NCBI GenBank assembly: GCA_963788655.1
Contig: CAWBHS010000022.1
Coordinates: 138,463 to 202,462 of the forward strand
Length of the DNA: 64,000 bases
Direction of reading: 5' to 3'
From: an uncultured Verrucomicrobiae bacterium
GTDB lineage: Bacteria; Verrucomicrobiota; Verrucomicrobiia; Limisphaerales; JAFGQR01
In this document: piece by piece, positions 55,064 to 64,000 of the stretch
Numbering within the stretch: the first letter of the stretch is position 1
How the letters are laid out: every line of letters starts with the position of its first letter
Notes under the pieces: model-generated
The model's database searches: none
What the model saw: the letters and a program-made list of their open reading frames with translations, nothing else
What the model was told of the DNA's origin: nothing
Position numbers and translations under genes: made by a program

Positions 55064-56082
55064 TGGCAGTGAATGCAATGAGAGACCTGTTGACTATGCC
55101 TCGCGAAGCTCTTTCTCCTGCTCACAGAAAATGGTACCCGGCGTTTGTCATAATGGTCGCCGCGCTGGAACTGGCCTCGGCTGCCGAGGTGATGCAGCCT
55201 CGCATCCAGGGCGAATGGTGGACGATTGCCGGTGATCCGGATCTCGCCGCATTCACCTCTGCGAATCAGCAACCGGTGGACTTCGGCGTATGGCCGGCCG
55301 CGGATGGCACGTGGCAGTTGTGGTCCTGCATCCGCAAAACCCGCTGCGGCGGCAACACCCGATTGTTCTATCGCTGGGAAGGCGCTGCATTGACGAACAC
55401 GAATTGGACGCCCAAGGGCATCGCCATGCAGGCCAAACCGGAACTGGGCGAAACGCCCGGTGGCCTGCAGGCGCCGCACGTCGTCCAAACGGATGGCGAA
55501 TACCTCATGTTCTATGGTGACTGGGAGCATATCTGCGCTGCCACCAGCTCGGACGGGAAGACCTTCGCGCGGCGTCTCCAAACGGACGGAAAAACGGGGA
55601 TGTTCAGCGAAGGTCCCGGCACCAACACGCGCGATCCGATGGTCATCCGCATCAACGGACTTTGGCACTGCTATTACACGGCATATCCGAATCGCCAGGG
55701 GGCGGTCTATTGCCGCACCTCCACCGATACGCGCCATTGGAGCGACGTCCACCGGGTGGCGTTTGGTGGGGAGGCGGACACCAATCCGTATTCCGCGGAA
55801 TGCCCGCACGTCGTGGAATTGAGCCCCGGCGAGTTTTACTTGTTTCGCACGCAGCGTTATGGCCAGCGCGCCATCTCCCGAATCTACCATTCGACCAATC
55901 CGCTGGATTTTGGCATCGACAATGATGCCGCGCATCTGGTCGGTAGTTTGCCGGTGGCGGCTCCGGAGATTATCCGGCACCAGGGCCAGTGGTACATCGC
56001 GAGCCTGCGTCCGGATTTGAAAGGCATCCGCCTGGCGCGGCTGGAGTGGGTTCCCGTTACACCCGCCAAGTCCAAGCAATGA
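55063..56082 (+). CDS. five-bladed beta-propeller glycoside hydrolase-like protein (GH32/GH43-like fold)
   Basis: APHV, RDPMV, ECPHV, APEI motifs; start uncertain (55063, 55078 or 55096). Confidence 0.7.
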   Translation: MAVNAMRDLLTMPREALSPAHRKWYPAFVIMVAALELASAAEVMQPRIQGEWWTIAGDPDLAAFTSANQQPVDFGVWPAADGTWQLWSCIRKTRCGGNTRLFYRWEGAALTNTNWTPKGIAMQAKPELGETPGGLQAPHVVQTDGEYLMFYGDWEHICAATSSDGKTFARRLQTDGKTGMFSEGPGTNTRDPMVIRINGLWHCYYTAYPNRQGAVYCRTSTDTRHWSDVHRVAFGGEADTNPYSAECPHVVELSPGEFYLFRTQRYGQRAISRIYHSTNPLDFGIDNDAAHLVGSLPVAAPEIIRHQGQWYIASLRPDLKGIRLARLEWVPVTPAKSKQ

Positions 56083-56119
56083 CGGGGAAAACTTAGGCCG
56101 AATCGGTGTCATTGATTGC

Positions 56120-56267
56120 GGGGAGCACCCCCTCCTCGGGCGCTGCCAACCGGCGCCCTCGCCGGTTGGCCCGGCGACTGAATCGCCACCGAATAGTGGC
56201 TCCCTCCATATGCTCGAAAATGGTTGGCGAGGCGCCAACCACGGCGCCCGGGGCGGGCGCGCTCCCC
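56120..56267. repeat. REPIN, family B
   Basis: GGGAGCACCCCCTCCTCGGGCG ... CGCCCGGGGCGGGCGCGCTCCCC. Confidence 0.85.
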
Positions 56268-56330
56268 AGCCCAAATCGTCACTGTTCAAAGGTCTTTGGC
56301 AACCCGCGCCCCCTGCGCTACCCTACGCCG

Positions 56331-56816
56331 ATGAAGACAATTCCGATCGAACAGGTCGATGCCGTGTGGGAACGGATGAGTGAAGTGACGGAAGCGGAAG
56401 CCCGCCGTCTTGCCCAGCGTACCCAGGATCAGCAGCCGTATATCATGATTTATCTGCTGGCCATGGACGAAAATATCATGGACGAAAAAGATCGCGGCCG
56501 GCTCATGGAATTGGGGGCAATCATTATGGAGATCATGCATGCGGCCAACCCGAATTTGCGCCAGGTCACCGACAAGGATCTGGAGGCGGCTGAAGCGGCC
56601 AATACCCGTTTCCTCGAAGAGGCGGACGAAGGTTCGGAGATGGATTACACGTCCCTGGTGGAAGGCATGGTGGCCAACTATAACCAGATGCCGTTGCTGG
56701 GCGCCGTGATCGAAGCGCTGATGTGCGAACATGAGGAGAATCCGGAACTGGCCCCCGACAACGTCGGCGCGGCCCTGTTGCACTTGAAGACCGTCATTGA
56801 TTGTCTCGACCAGTAA
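56331..56816 (+). CDS. acidic hypothetical protein
   Basis: Helical acidic ORF from MKTIPIEQ; the longer upstream frame is repeat-derived. Confidence 0.7.
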   Translation: MKTIPIEQVDAVWERMSEVTEAEARRLAQRTQDQQPYIMIYLLAMDENIMDEKDRGRLMELGAIIMEIMHAANPNLRQVTDKDLEAAEAANTRFLEEADEGSEMDYTSLVEGMVANYNQMPLLGAVIEALMCEHEENPELAPDNVGAALLHLKTVIDCLDQ

Positions 56817-56889
56817 ACGCGCAAAATCGTGCTGGCCAAACCAGCGGATTTTCCCGAACGTAACCGGGCAACTGACTGATTAACGACTC

Positions 56890-57768
56890 ATGTTTACTGG
56901 AACCTATACCGCCCTGGTCACCCCGTTCGCCAAGGGCCAATTGGACCTCACAGCCCTGCGCAACCTGATCAAGGCGCAAATCAAAGCCGGCGTGGACGGC
57001 CTCGTGCCCGTGGGCACGACCGGCGAATCGCCCACCCTCGATTACAAGGAACACATCGAGGTCGTGCAACGCACTGTCGAATTCGCCGCCGGCAAGGTCA
57101 AGGTGCTCGCCGGCACCGGCGCCAATTCCACCGAAGAAGCCATTTACCTGACGCGGCTCGCCGAAGAAGCCGGCGCAGACGGTTCGTTGCAGGTGGCGCC
57201 TTATTACAACAAGCCCTCACCGGAAGGACTGTTTCAACACTTCAAAGCGGTGGCCAAATCCACGCGGCTGCCGATCGTGCTGTACAGCATTCCGGGCCGG
57301 TGCGGGATTGAGATTGGGGTGAGCACGGTCAAGCGGTTGGCCGCCGCCTGCAAGAATATCGTGGGCATCAAAGAAGCCGGTGGCAGCGCGGATCGCGTCA
57401 GCCAATTGCGCGGGGCGCTGGGGCCCAAGTTCAACATCCTGTCCGGCGACGATTCGCTGACGCTGCCGTTCATGGCGGTAGGCGCGGAAGGCGTCATCAG
57501 CGTCGCGTCGAATGTCATTCCGCGTGAAGTGGCGCAGATGGTCCGGGCCTTTGGCTCTGGTCGCGTGGCAGCGGCGCAGACGTTGCACGCCCGGTTTTAT
57601 TCGTTGTTCAAAGATCTGTTCCTCGAAACCAATCCGGTGCCCGTCAAAGCCGCGTTGGCGATGCTGGGCCATATCGAAGAGGAATACCGCCTGCCGCTGG
57701 TGCCGATGGCCAAGGCGAACCGCGACCAGTTGCGGAAGACGATGAAGGTTTGCGGTGTGCTGAAATAG
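56890..57768 (+). CDS. dapA: 4-hydroxy-tetrahydrodipicolinate synthase
   Basis: ALVTPF, GTTGESPTL, PYYNKP, GIKEA, LSGDD, NPVPVK. Confidence 0.97.
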   Translation: MFTGTYTALVTPFAKGQLDLTALRNLIKAQIKAGVDGLVPVGTTGESPTLDYKEHIEVVQRTVEFAAGKVKVLAGTGANSTEEAIYLTRLAEEAGADGSLQVAPYYNKPSPEGLFQHFKAVAKSTRLPIVLYSIPGRCGIEIGVSTVKRLAAACKNIVGIKEAGGSADRVSQLRGALGPKFNILSGDDSLTLPFMAVGAEGVISVASNVIPREVAQMVRAFGSGRVAAAQTLHARFYSLFKDLFLETNPVPVKAALAMLGHIEEEYRLPLVPMAKANRDQLRKTMKVCGVLK

Positions 57769-57805
57769 CTGGCGAACCGGCCGCCAATTTCGAAAGACAG
57801 CGATC

Positions 57806-58540
57806 ATGACCAAAATCATTATCAACGGTGCCAAAGGCCGAATGGGGCAGATCTTGGTGACTTGTGCCCAACGCAATCCGGAACTGCAAATCGTCGGCGC
57901 CATCGATCAAGGCGACGACTTGAGCACCATCATCGACCAAGGCGACGTGGTAATTGATTTCAGTTTTCACGAAATCACGCCCGGTACGGCGGGGCTGTGT
58001 GCCAGTCATCAGAAAGCGCTGGTCATTGGCACCACGGGACATTCCGATACGGAGAAAGCCAACATCACCAAACACCAGTCCCAAATCCCCATCGTGTGGG
58101 CGGCTAATTACTCCACCGGCGTCAACACCTTGTTCTGGCTGACGCGCAAGGCGGCGGAAATCCTGGGGCCCGGTTTTGACCTGGAAATTGTCGAGATGCA
58201 CCATCGGCACAAGCAGGACGCCCCCAGTGGCACGGCGATGACTCTGGCGGAAATCCTGACGGCGGTGCGCCAGCAACAATTGGGCGAAGTGCTGCGGCAC
58301 GGGCGTTCCGGCATCGTGGGCGAACGCAGCGCCAATGAGATCGGCATGCATTCGGTGCGCGGGGGCGACGTGGTGGGGGACCACACGGTAATTTTCGCGG
58401 CCAACGGTGAACGCGTCGAGCTCACGCACAAAGCCTCCAGCCGGGAGACGTTCGCGAACGGCGCCCTCCGCGCCGCCCAGTGGGTGGTGAGCCGATCGCC
58501 CGGCCTTTACAACATGCAGGACGTGCTCGGGCTCAAGTAA
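57806..58540 (+). CDS. dapB: 4-hydroxy-tetrahydrodipicolinate reductase
   Basis: GAKGRMG, GTTG, EMHHRHKQDAPSGTA. Confidence 0.97.
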   Translation: MTKIIINGAKGRMGQILVTCAQRNPELQIVGAIDQGDDLSTIIDQGDVVIDFSFHEITPGTAGLCASHQKALVIGTTGHSDTEKANITKHQSQIPIVWAANYSTGVNTLFWLTRKAAEILGPGFDLEIVEMHHRHKQDAPSGTAMTLAEILTAVRQQQLGEVLRHGRSGIVGERSANEIGMHSVRGGDVVGDHTVIFAANGERVELTHKASSRETFANGALRAAQWVVSRSPGLYNMQDVLGLK

Positions 58541-58583
58541 CGCCGGCAGCCTCGAGGCGATCGGCATCGTAATCCGACCAAAT

Positions 58584-59312
58584 ATGGCAACGTTGCGTTT
58601 GGCCTTTGTTGCCCTTGGTTCCAACGAGGGGGATTCCCGCAATAACCTCCTTGAGGCGATGGAACGTTTGCAGGCGTTATCCTCGGAGCCGTTACGTCGA
58701 TCCTCACTCTGGCGCACCACGCCGGTGGATTGTCCGCCCGGATCGCCGGATTTTCTCAATGCCGTCGTAGGCATGGTGCCTCGACCGGACGAAACTCCAG
58801 AAAGCCTGCAACTCAAGCTGCAAGCTCTCGAACTGGAATTCGGCCGCCGCCCCCGGCAAGTGCGCAACGAACCACGTCCGCTTGACCTGGACTTGATCGC
58901 CTTTGGCAGTGAAACCCGGACCAGGGTGGAACTGACGTTGCCGCATCCGCGGGCGCATCTGCGCAAATTCGTGCTGGCTCCGTTGAGTGAAATTGCGTCT
59001 GAATTGGTGCTGCCGGGGCAGACGCACACGGTCGGGCAATTACTGGTCGCGTGTCCAACTGAGGAGAAGGTTGAACGGGTGCAGAGCGACAGTAGTTGGA
59101 GTATTCAAATGCTGCGTGTGGCTTGGCAAGACTGGTCAAATGTCGCGCCAGCGTTTGGAAGTGCGTCCGGCTTGCCGGCGCTTCGGGATCGAATGATGCC
59201 GTTGAATTGCCGCGTTAGGGGCCGATTGCTTTTTGTGCACCCCGCATCGAAACGAAAGCGCGAGCAAGCTCCACGCACTCCAGACGTTTCGCGAGTTTCG
59301 CAAACCCATTGA
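58584..59312 (+). CDS. folK: 2-amino-4-hydroxy-6-hydroxymethyldihydropteridine diphosphokinase with repeat-derived C-terminal extension
   Basis: ALGSN.G, FLNAV, PR.LDLDL, LPHPR...R.FVL.PL.EI. Confidence 0.92.
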   Translation: MATLRLAFVALGSNEGDSRNNLLEAMERLQALSSEPLRRSSLWRTTPVDCPPGSPDFLNAVVGMVPRPDETPESLQLKLQALELEFGRRPRQVRNEPRPLDLDLIAFGSETRTRVELTLPHPRAHLRKFVLAPLSEIASELVLPGQTHTVGQLLVACPTEEKVERVQSDSSWSIQMLRVAWQDWSNVAPAFGSASGLPALRDRMMPLNCRVRGRLLFVHPASKRKREQAPRTPDVSRVSQTH

Positions 59313-59357
59313 AAAAGCGCACCAGTGTTTGGATTGCGCCCAACTTGCCGGTGCTGT
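59143..59357. repeat. family F REPIN plus a third degenerate arm
   Basis: Arms 59143-59183 and 59255-59294 match 46578-46728; weaker arm from about 59317. Confidence 0.8.
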
Positions 59358-59499
59358 CGCTTGCAGGACGAGCGTCGTCATTTCTGCAGGGCTTCGGGTG
59401 CTTTCGCCAGGCCTCCTTTCTTTTTCTCAATTTTCCTTCTAAGAAAATCCGGGCTGGCGCGTTATCCCAGTAGCAGAGCAAATTGAACACGGTGACCGG

Positions 59500-60048
59500 A
59501 TGGGATCGAACCATACAACCAAGGCGGAGTGGCTGCGCGCGGCGATGGAGGAACATGCCGGCCCGTTGACCCGTTACACGGCGCTGATTACCGGCGATCT
59601 TGACCGGGCCCGGGACGTGGTGCAGGACGCATTCATCCGGCTCTGCTCCGAGGACCGTGAACGCGTGGAAGATCACCTGGCCGAGTGGCTGTTTACCGTG
59701 TGCCGCCACCGCGCCCTGGATGTGCTGCGAAAGGAACAACGTATGGAACCCTTGACCGATACCGAACTGGTCGGACGCGCCAGTCCGGAGCCGTCGCCGG
59801 CGGTGGTCGTCGAGCGCCGGGACACCCACAGCCGCGTGCTCGACCTGCTTGCGACATTGCCTCGCAACCAGCAGGAGGTCGTCCGCCTCAAATTCCAGAA
59901 CGGCCTCAGCTACGCCGAAATCAGCCGCGTCACCCAGCTCACCGTCAGCAACGTCGGTTTCCTGATCCACACCGCCATCAAGACCCTGCGCCAGCGGTTG
60001 CACACTGAACCCAATTTGGTCCCCACCCCGATACGGAGGACGCTATGA
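59500..60048 (+). CDS. ECF RNA polymerase sigma factor
   Basis: A.DVVQD.F, WLF.VCR.RALD..R, LP..QQEV..L....GLSY.EI. Confidence 0.93.
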   Translation: MGSNHTTKAEWLRAAMEEHAGPLTRYTALITGDLDRARDVVQDAFIRLCSEDRERVEDHLAEWLFTVCRHRALDVLRKEQRMEPLTDTELVGRASPEPSPAVVVERRDTHSRVLDLLATLPRNQQEVVRLKFQNGLSYAEISRVTQLTVSNVGFLIHTAIKTLRQRLHTEPNLVPTPIRRTL

Positions 60049-62843
60049 AATTTACTCCTGATGATCCGAAATTAACCGCGTATGCCTTGGGTGAATTGCC
60101 CGAATCAGAACGGGCCGTCGTGGAAGCCGAGTTGGCCAAGTCGCCGGAAGGCCAGCAGGTCTTGAACGAAATCCGCGAAACCATCGGCGTGCTGCAACAG
60201 GAACTGGCCGCCGAGCCGTGCCCGGAGTTGACCCCCGCCCAGGAGCGCGCCATTGCCGTCAGCGTGGAACCGGCGGCGGCCAAGACCGTGGCTTTCCCCT
60301 GGTGGAAAGTGATCGTTTACGGCGGCTTGTCGGCGGCGGCTTGTCTCGTTTTGGCGGGTTTGCTGTTGCCCTCGTTGGCCAAGAGCAAGGCTAAGGCGCA
60401 ACGGATCGCCCAGAGACTCAATGCGGCTCAATATGCGAATGGGAATGCCCCAGCCTCGCCGGCTTTGGCGCAAGGACAGGTGGTTGCATGGGCCGACAGC
60501 GATGTCACAGCCAGGGTGCGCAAGGGGGATGAGAGTGTCCTGACAGCAATTCACTCCGCCCGACCTCCGTTCAACACCGAAGCCTACGACCGGGTGGTGG
60601 ATAACGCCTTCCTGGCAGTCTCGCAAAATCCATTGTCCACGTTCTCCATCGACGTTGATACCGCTGCCTACGCCAACGTCCGGCGGTTCTTGAACCAGGG
60701 CCAGTTGCCGCCCAAGGATGCAGTGCGGATCGAGGAGTTGATCAATTACTTCACCTACACATATCCGGCTCCAGACCGCGGAGAGCCGTTTTCCGTTACC
60801 GTCGAACTGGCCGGGTGCCCGTGGAATCCGGCCCACCGACTGGCGCGCATCGGGCTCAAGGGCAAGGAAGTCGCTGCCGCCGAACGGCCGCAAAGCAACC
60901 TCGTGTTCCTGATCGATGTGTCCGGCTCAATGCGGCCGCCCAACAAGCTGCCCTTGCTCAAGCAGGCGCTGGTGTTGCTCGTGCAACAACTGAACGCCAG
61001 CGACCGCGTTTCGCTCGTCGTTTATGCCGGGGCGTCCGGACTGGTGCTGTCCGCCACTCCGGGCGACCACCAGGAGACCATCCGCGAGGCCCTGGGCCAA
61101 CTCGAAGCCGGTGGCTCGACCCATGGCAGCGCCGGCATCCAATTGGCTTACGAAACGGCCATGAAGAACTTCATCAAGAACGGCGTCAATCGCGTGATCC
61201 TTTGCACTGACGGCGACTTCAACGTGGGCATCACCAGTCGGGGCGATCTGATTCGATTCATCGAGGCCAAGGCCAAGAGCGGCGTGTTCTTGAGCGTGTT
61301 CGGGTTCGGGCGAGGCAATTACAAGGACGCCACACTGGAACGCCTCGCCGACAAAGGCAACGGCAACTGCGGCTACATCGATACCTTCGCGGAAGCGCGC
61401 AAGCTGTTCGTCGAGCAGATGAGCGGCACCTTGATCACGATCGCCAAGGACGTAAAAATCCAGGTCGAGTTCAATCCCGCGCAAGCCAGCGCTTATCGGT
61501 TGATCGGTTACGAGAATCGTTTGTTGCGCAAAGAAGATTTTAATGACGACACCAAGGATGCCGGGGAGATTGGCGCCGGTCACACCGTCACGGCACTTTA
61601 CGAAATCGTGCCGGTCGGCCAGGAGCTAAAGCTGCCCGGCGTGGACCCCCTGAAATATCAGCCGGCCACCCCGCCGCCGGTGAACGCCAGCCGCGAACTA
61701 ATGACGGTGAAACTGCGCTACAAGCAACCCGACGGCGACACCAGCCAGTTGCTCGAGGTGCCCGTGACGGACGCGGGACGGAGCTACGCCAAGGCTTCGG
61801 GTGACTTCAAGTTTGCCGCCTCGGTGGCCGCGTTTGGCATGGTCTTGCGCGACTCCGAATACAAAGGCAACGCTACGCTCGGCGCTGTGCTCGAGTTGGC
61901 TGAGGAAGGCAAAGGAGCGGATGCAGCCGGTCATCGCGCCGAGTTCCTGCAACTGGTGCGCGAAGCCCAGGCCTTGATGCCGGTTAAGCCCAGCCCGGCG
62001 ACGCCCATTGCACAACGGGAAAGCCATGCACCACAACTCGCCCCAACACCGCACATAGAGAACACGCCCCCTTCCAATCTGGCGGTTCAGCCGACGAACC
62101 CAGAATTAGCAGGCAACGACATCCAAGTAGCGCAGAACCCCGTTCCAGCTCTCCAGTCCAATTTGGCGCCATTGCCAATCCACATGCCGATGCCCACCTT
62201 GAAAGGTACCCCGGACGAGTTACCCAAGGGTCCGCACATTGAGAAAATTCCCGAACGTCCGCCCCCGCCATTCCTGGCGCCGCCGGGCGTGAAGAATGTT
62301 GCCCTGCACAAGCCGGTCACGACGAGTGACAGGAATCCGATTACCGGGACCGCCGCGCAGATTACCGACGGCGACAAGGAGGCGTTTGACGATCAAGTGG
62401 TCGAGATGCGCAAGAACCTTCAATGGGTGCAGGTCGATCTCGGCCAGCCCTTCCGAATCTATGCGATTGCCCTTTGGCACGACCACCGTTGGGTCCAACT
62501 CTATCGCGACGTGGTGGTGCAGGTGGCGGACGATCCCGACTTTACGCAAAACGTGCGCACCCTCTTCAACAACGACTACGACAACTCGGCTGGACTCGGT
62601 CTGGGGACGGACAAGGAGTATTTCGAAACCCAGTATGGCAAGGTCGTGGACGCCAAAGGCGCCGTGGCCCGTTACGTACGGTCTTACACGCGCGGCAGCA
62701 ACTTGAGCGCCTTGAACTGTTGGGCGGAAATCGAAGTTTATGCCCTGCCAGCCGACAACGCTTCTGCTGCGTCAACCCAGGGTTCGGCGCCCACCAATTT
62801 GGCGCCCGTGCGCATGAAGTTGCCCATGCCGACGTTGAAGTAG
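60045..62843 (+). CDS. anti-sigma-like N-terminus + TM + YfbK-type vWA/DUF3520 region + C-terminal discoidin-like domain
   Basis: LTAYALGEL, STFSIDVDTA.Y, DVSGS MIDAS, TDGDFNVG, YRLIGYENR, WVQVDLG; ATGA overlap with the ECF gene. Confidence 0.88.
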   Translation: MKFTPDDPKLTAYALGELPESERAVVEAELAKSPEGQQVLNEIRETIGVLQQELAAEPCPELTPAQERAIAVSVEPAAAKTVAFPWWKVIVYGGLSAAACLVLAGLLLPSLAKSKAKAQRIAQRLNAAQYANGNAPASPALAQGQVVAWADSDVTARVRKGDESVLTAIHSARPPFNTEAYDRVVDNAFLAVSQNPLSTFSIDVDTAAYANVRRFLNQGQLPPKDAVRIEELINYFTYTYPAPDRGEPFSVTVELAGCPWNPAHRLARIGLKGKEVAAAERPQSNLVFLIDVSGSMRPPNKLPLLKQALVLLVQQLNASDRVSLVVYAGASGLVLSATPGDHQETIREALGQLEAGGSTHGSAGIQLAYETAMKNFIKNGVNRVILCTDGDFNVGITSRGDLIRFIEAKAKSGVFLSVFGFGRGNYKDATLERLADKGNGNCGYIDTFAEARKLFVEQMSGTLITIAKDVKIQVEFNPAQASAYRLIGYENRLLRKEDFNDDTKDAGEIGAGHTVTALYEIVPVGQELKLPGVDPLKYQPATPPPVNASRELMTVKLRYKQPDGDTSQLLEVPVTDAGRSYAKASGDFKFAASVAAFGMVLRDSEYKGNATLGAVLELAEEGKGADAAGHRAEFLQLVREAQALMPVKPSPATPIAQRESHAPQLAPTPHIENTPPSNLAVQPTNPELAGNDIQVAQNPVPALQSNLAPLPIHMPMPTLKGTPDELPKGPHIEKIPERPPPPFLAPPGVKNVALHKPVTTSDRNPITGTAAQITDGDKEAFDDQVVEMRKNLQWVQVDLGQPFRIYAIALWHDHRWVQLYRDVVVQVADDPDFTQNVRTLFNNDYDNSAGLGLGTDKEYFETQYGKVVDAKGAVARYVRSYTRGSNLSALNCWAEIEVYALPADNASAASTQGSAPTNLAPVRMKLPMPTLK

Positions 62844-62956
62844 GACGGGCGTCCTGCCGTTTCTGAATTCGGCCAGGACGCTCAATCCGCCAAAGACCGC
62901 TCCTCAGCCCATGAACAGTTTGCGACTATTCGGGACAGCCGAGATGGCTGTCCTAC
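62840..62956. repeat. REPIN, family A
   Basis: GTAGGACGGGCGTCC... and GACAGCCGAGATGGCTGTCCTAC. Confidence 0.8.
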
Positions 62957-62973
62957 CTTAAACGTAAACGTAG

Positions 62974-63998
62974 ACGGGTCAGTCCTCACTTTTGACACTC
63001 AAGTCCTCCTTCATTGGCGACTATTCCGATCGCAGCAGATTCGACACGTGCGTCCACACCCCCATCTGCAGGCGCCGCGCGATCCAAGCCAGCGTCATGG
63101 TCGTCTCCTGCCGCAACCGCCGGGCGATGCGCACCTTGCCGGGGTCGCCCTTGCGCCGCTGCGCCAGGTCCGCTTCCGTCCAACGCCGCTTGGCCAACTC
63201 CGCCCGCACCAACCGCTCTGCCTTCGCCTCGCCACTCTCCTGCCTTTCCGCCCCGTAATGCTGCGCTCCCACCCGCTCCGAGGCGTGGGCCAGCAACTCC
63301 TCCTTCAACGTATCCGCGCCGAAGAACCACCCCCGCTGGATTGCCGCCCACTCCTCGCCCCCGCCCTCCGGTTGCCGCCGCGTCTCCATCTGCCGCTCGA
63401 ATTCCCGCCGCCCCGCCGCACTGTCCTTGGGCAACCGCATCTCCCCGAACAACCGCTCCACCCGCAGCCACGGCCAACGGCGCCCCGGCGGCTTCAGATA
63501 TTCCGGGAAACTGCTCCACGCGTATTCCCGCAGCGGTTGCTCCGGCGCCAGCAACTTCGCCCGTACCGGATTCAGATGCACATACTCGCCGACCGTGCGG
63601 AAGTAGCCCGGCGATGCCGCATCCACCACCAACGCCTTGTAGCGCCCGCTGAACAAATGTCCAAATAGCTTGTGCCGCCGGTTGAACCGCGCCGTATAGG
63701 TGCCCATAAACCACTTCATGCCCGCGACCAGGTTCCCCTTGGGCGTTTCGACCAGCAGATGAAAATGATTCCCCATCAGGCACAGGGCGTGAACCCGCCA
63801 ATCGGTCTTGGTGCAAGCCTCGCCCAGCGTCTCGAGGAACCGGTTCCGATCCGCGTCATCCCGGAAGATGGGTTCGCGCCGGTCGCCGCGATTCAGGACG
63901 TGATAAATCGCCCCTTCGTATTCAATGCGCAACGGTCGTGGCATGGCGGGAAACTGCCCGAAAACAAGCCGCTGTGTCAATAGTGAGGACTGACCCGT
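62974..63998 (-). mobile_element. Y1 transposase element bounded by 25-bp inverted repeats
   Basis: ACGGGTCAGTCCTCACTTTTGACAC (62974-62998) and GTGTCAATAGTGAGGACTGACCCGT (63974-63998), 24 of 25 match. Confidence 0.8.
63021..63944 (-). CDS. RAYT-like / IS200-superfamily Y1 HUH transposase with C-terminal HTH
   Basis: YHV.NRG..R..IF, NHFHLL (HUH), YVHLNPVRA (catalytic Tyr), WSS, IARRL HTH. Confidence 0.92.
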   Translation of the reverse strand: MPRPLRIEYEGAIYHVLNRGDRREPIFRDDADRNRFLETLGEACTKTDWRVHALCLMGNHFHLLVETPKGNLVAGMKWFMGTYTARFNRRHKLFGHLFSGRYKALVVDAASPGYFRTVGEYVHLNPVRAKLLAPEQPLREYAWSSFPEYLKPPGRRWPWLRVERLFGEMRLPKDSAAGRREFERQMETRRQPEGGGEEWAAIQRGWFFGADTLKEELLAHASERVGAQHYGAERQESGEAKAERLVRAELAKRRWTEADLAQRRKGDPGKVRIARRLRQETTMTLAWIARRLQMGVWTHVSNLLRSE

Positions 63999-64000
63999 TT

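Noticed and set aside
56106..56330. N-terminal extension of the 56106-56816 ORF
   Set aside because: Translated family B repeat with an atypical start; ATG 56331 is more plausible
59435..59470. Autoregulatory ECF promoter
   Set aside because: A CGTT -10-like box is present but no convincing -35 element

Overview
GC-rich bacterial DNA whose gene content (DUF1592/DUF1552 pair, sulfatase, PQQ-type propeller, large Ig/propeller secreted proteins, ECF-vWA pair) points to the PVC superphylum, most likely Verrucomicrobiota (inference, no search run). It holds about 45 genes, including hemB, ychF, pabB/pabC, ftsK, pfk, dapA, dapB, folK, a two-component system, peptidases and two toxin-antitoxin pairs. 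Many genes carry single-base frameshifts, most likely long-read consensus errors. Highlights: (1) a translationally coupled operon of a sugar ABC transporter, a GHMP kinase resembling plant galacturonokinase and a nucleotidyltransferase, a candidate bacterial uronic-acid salvage route; (2) an integron-type array of three gene cassettes with attC sites and no integrase in the window; (3) at least seven families of REP/REPIN-like palindromic repeats, several of them in frame inside genes; (4) a RAYT-like Y1 HUH transposase bounded by 25-bp inverted repeats. No rRNA, tRNA or CRISPR array was seen.
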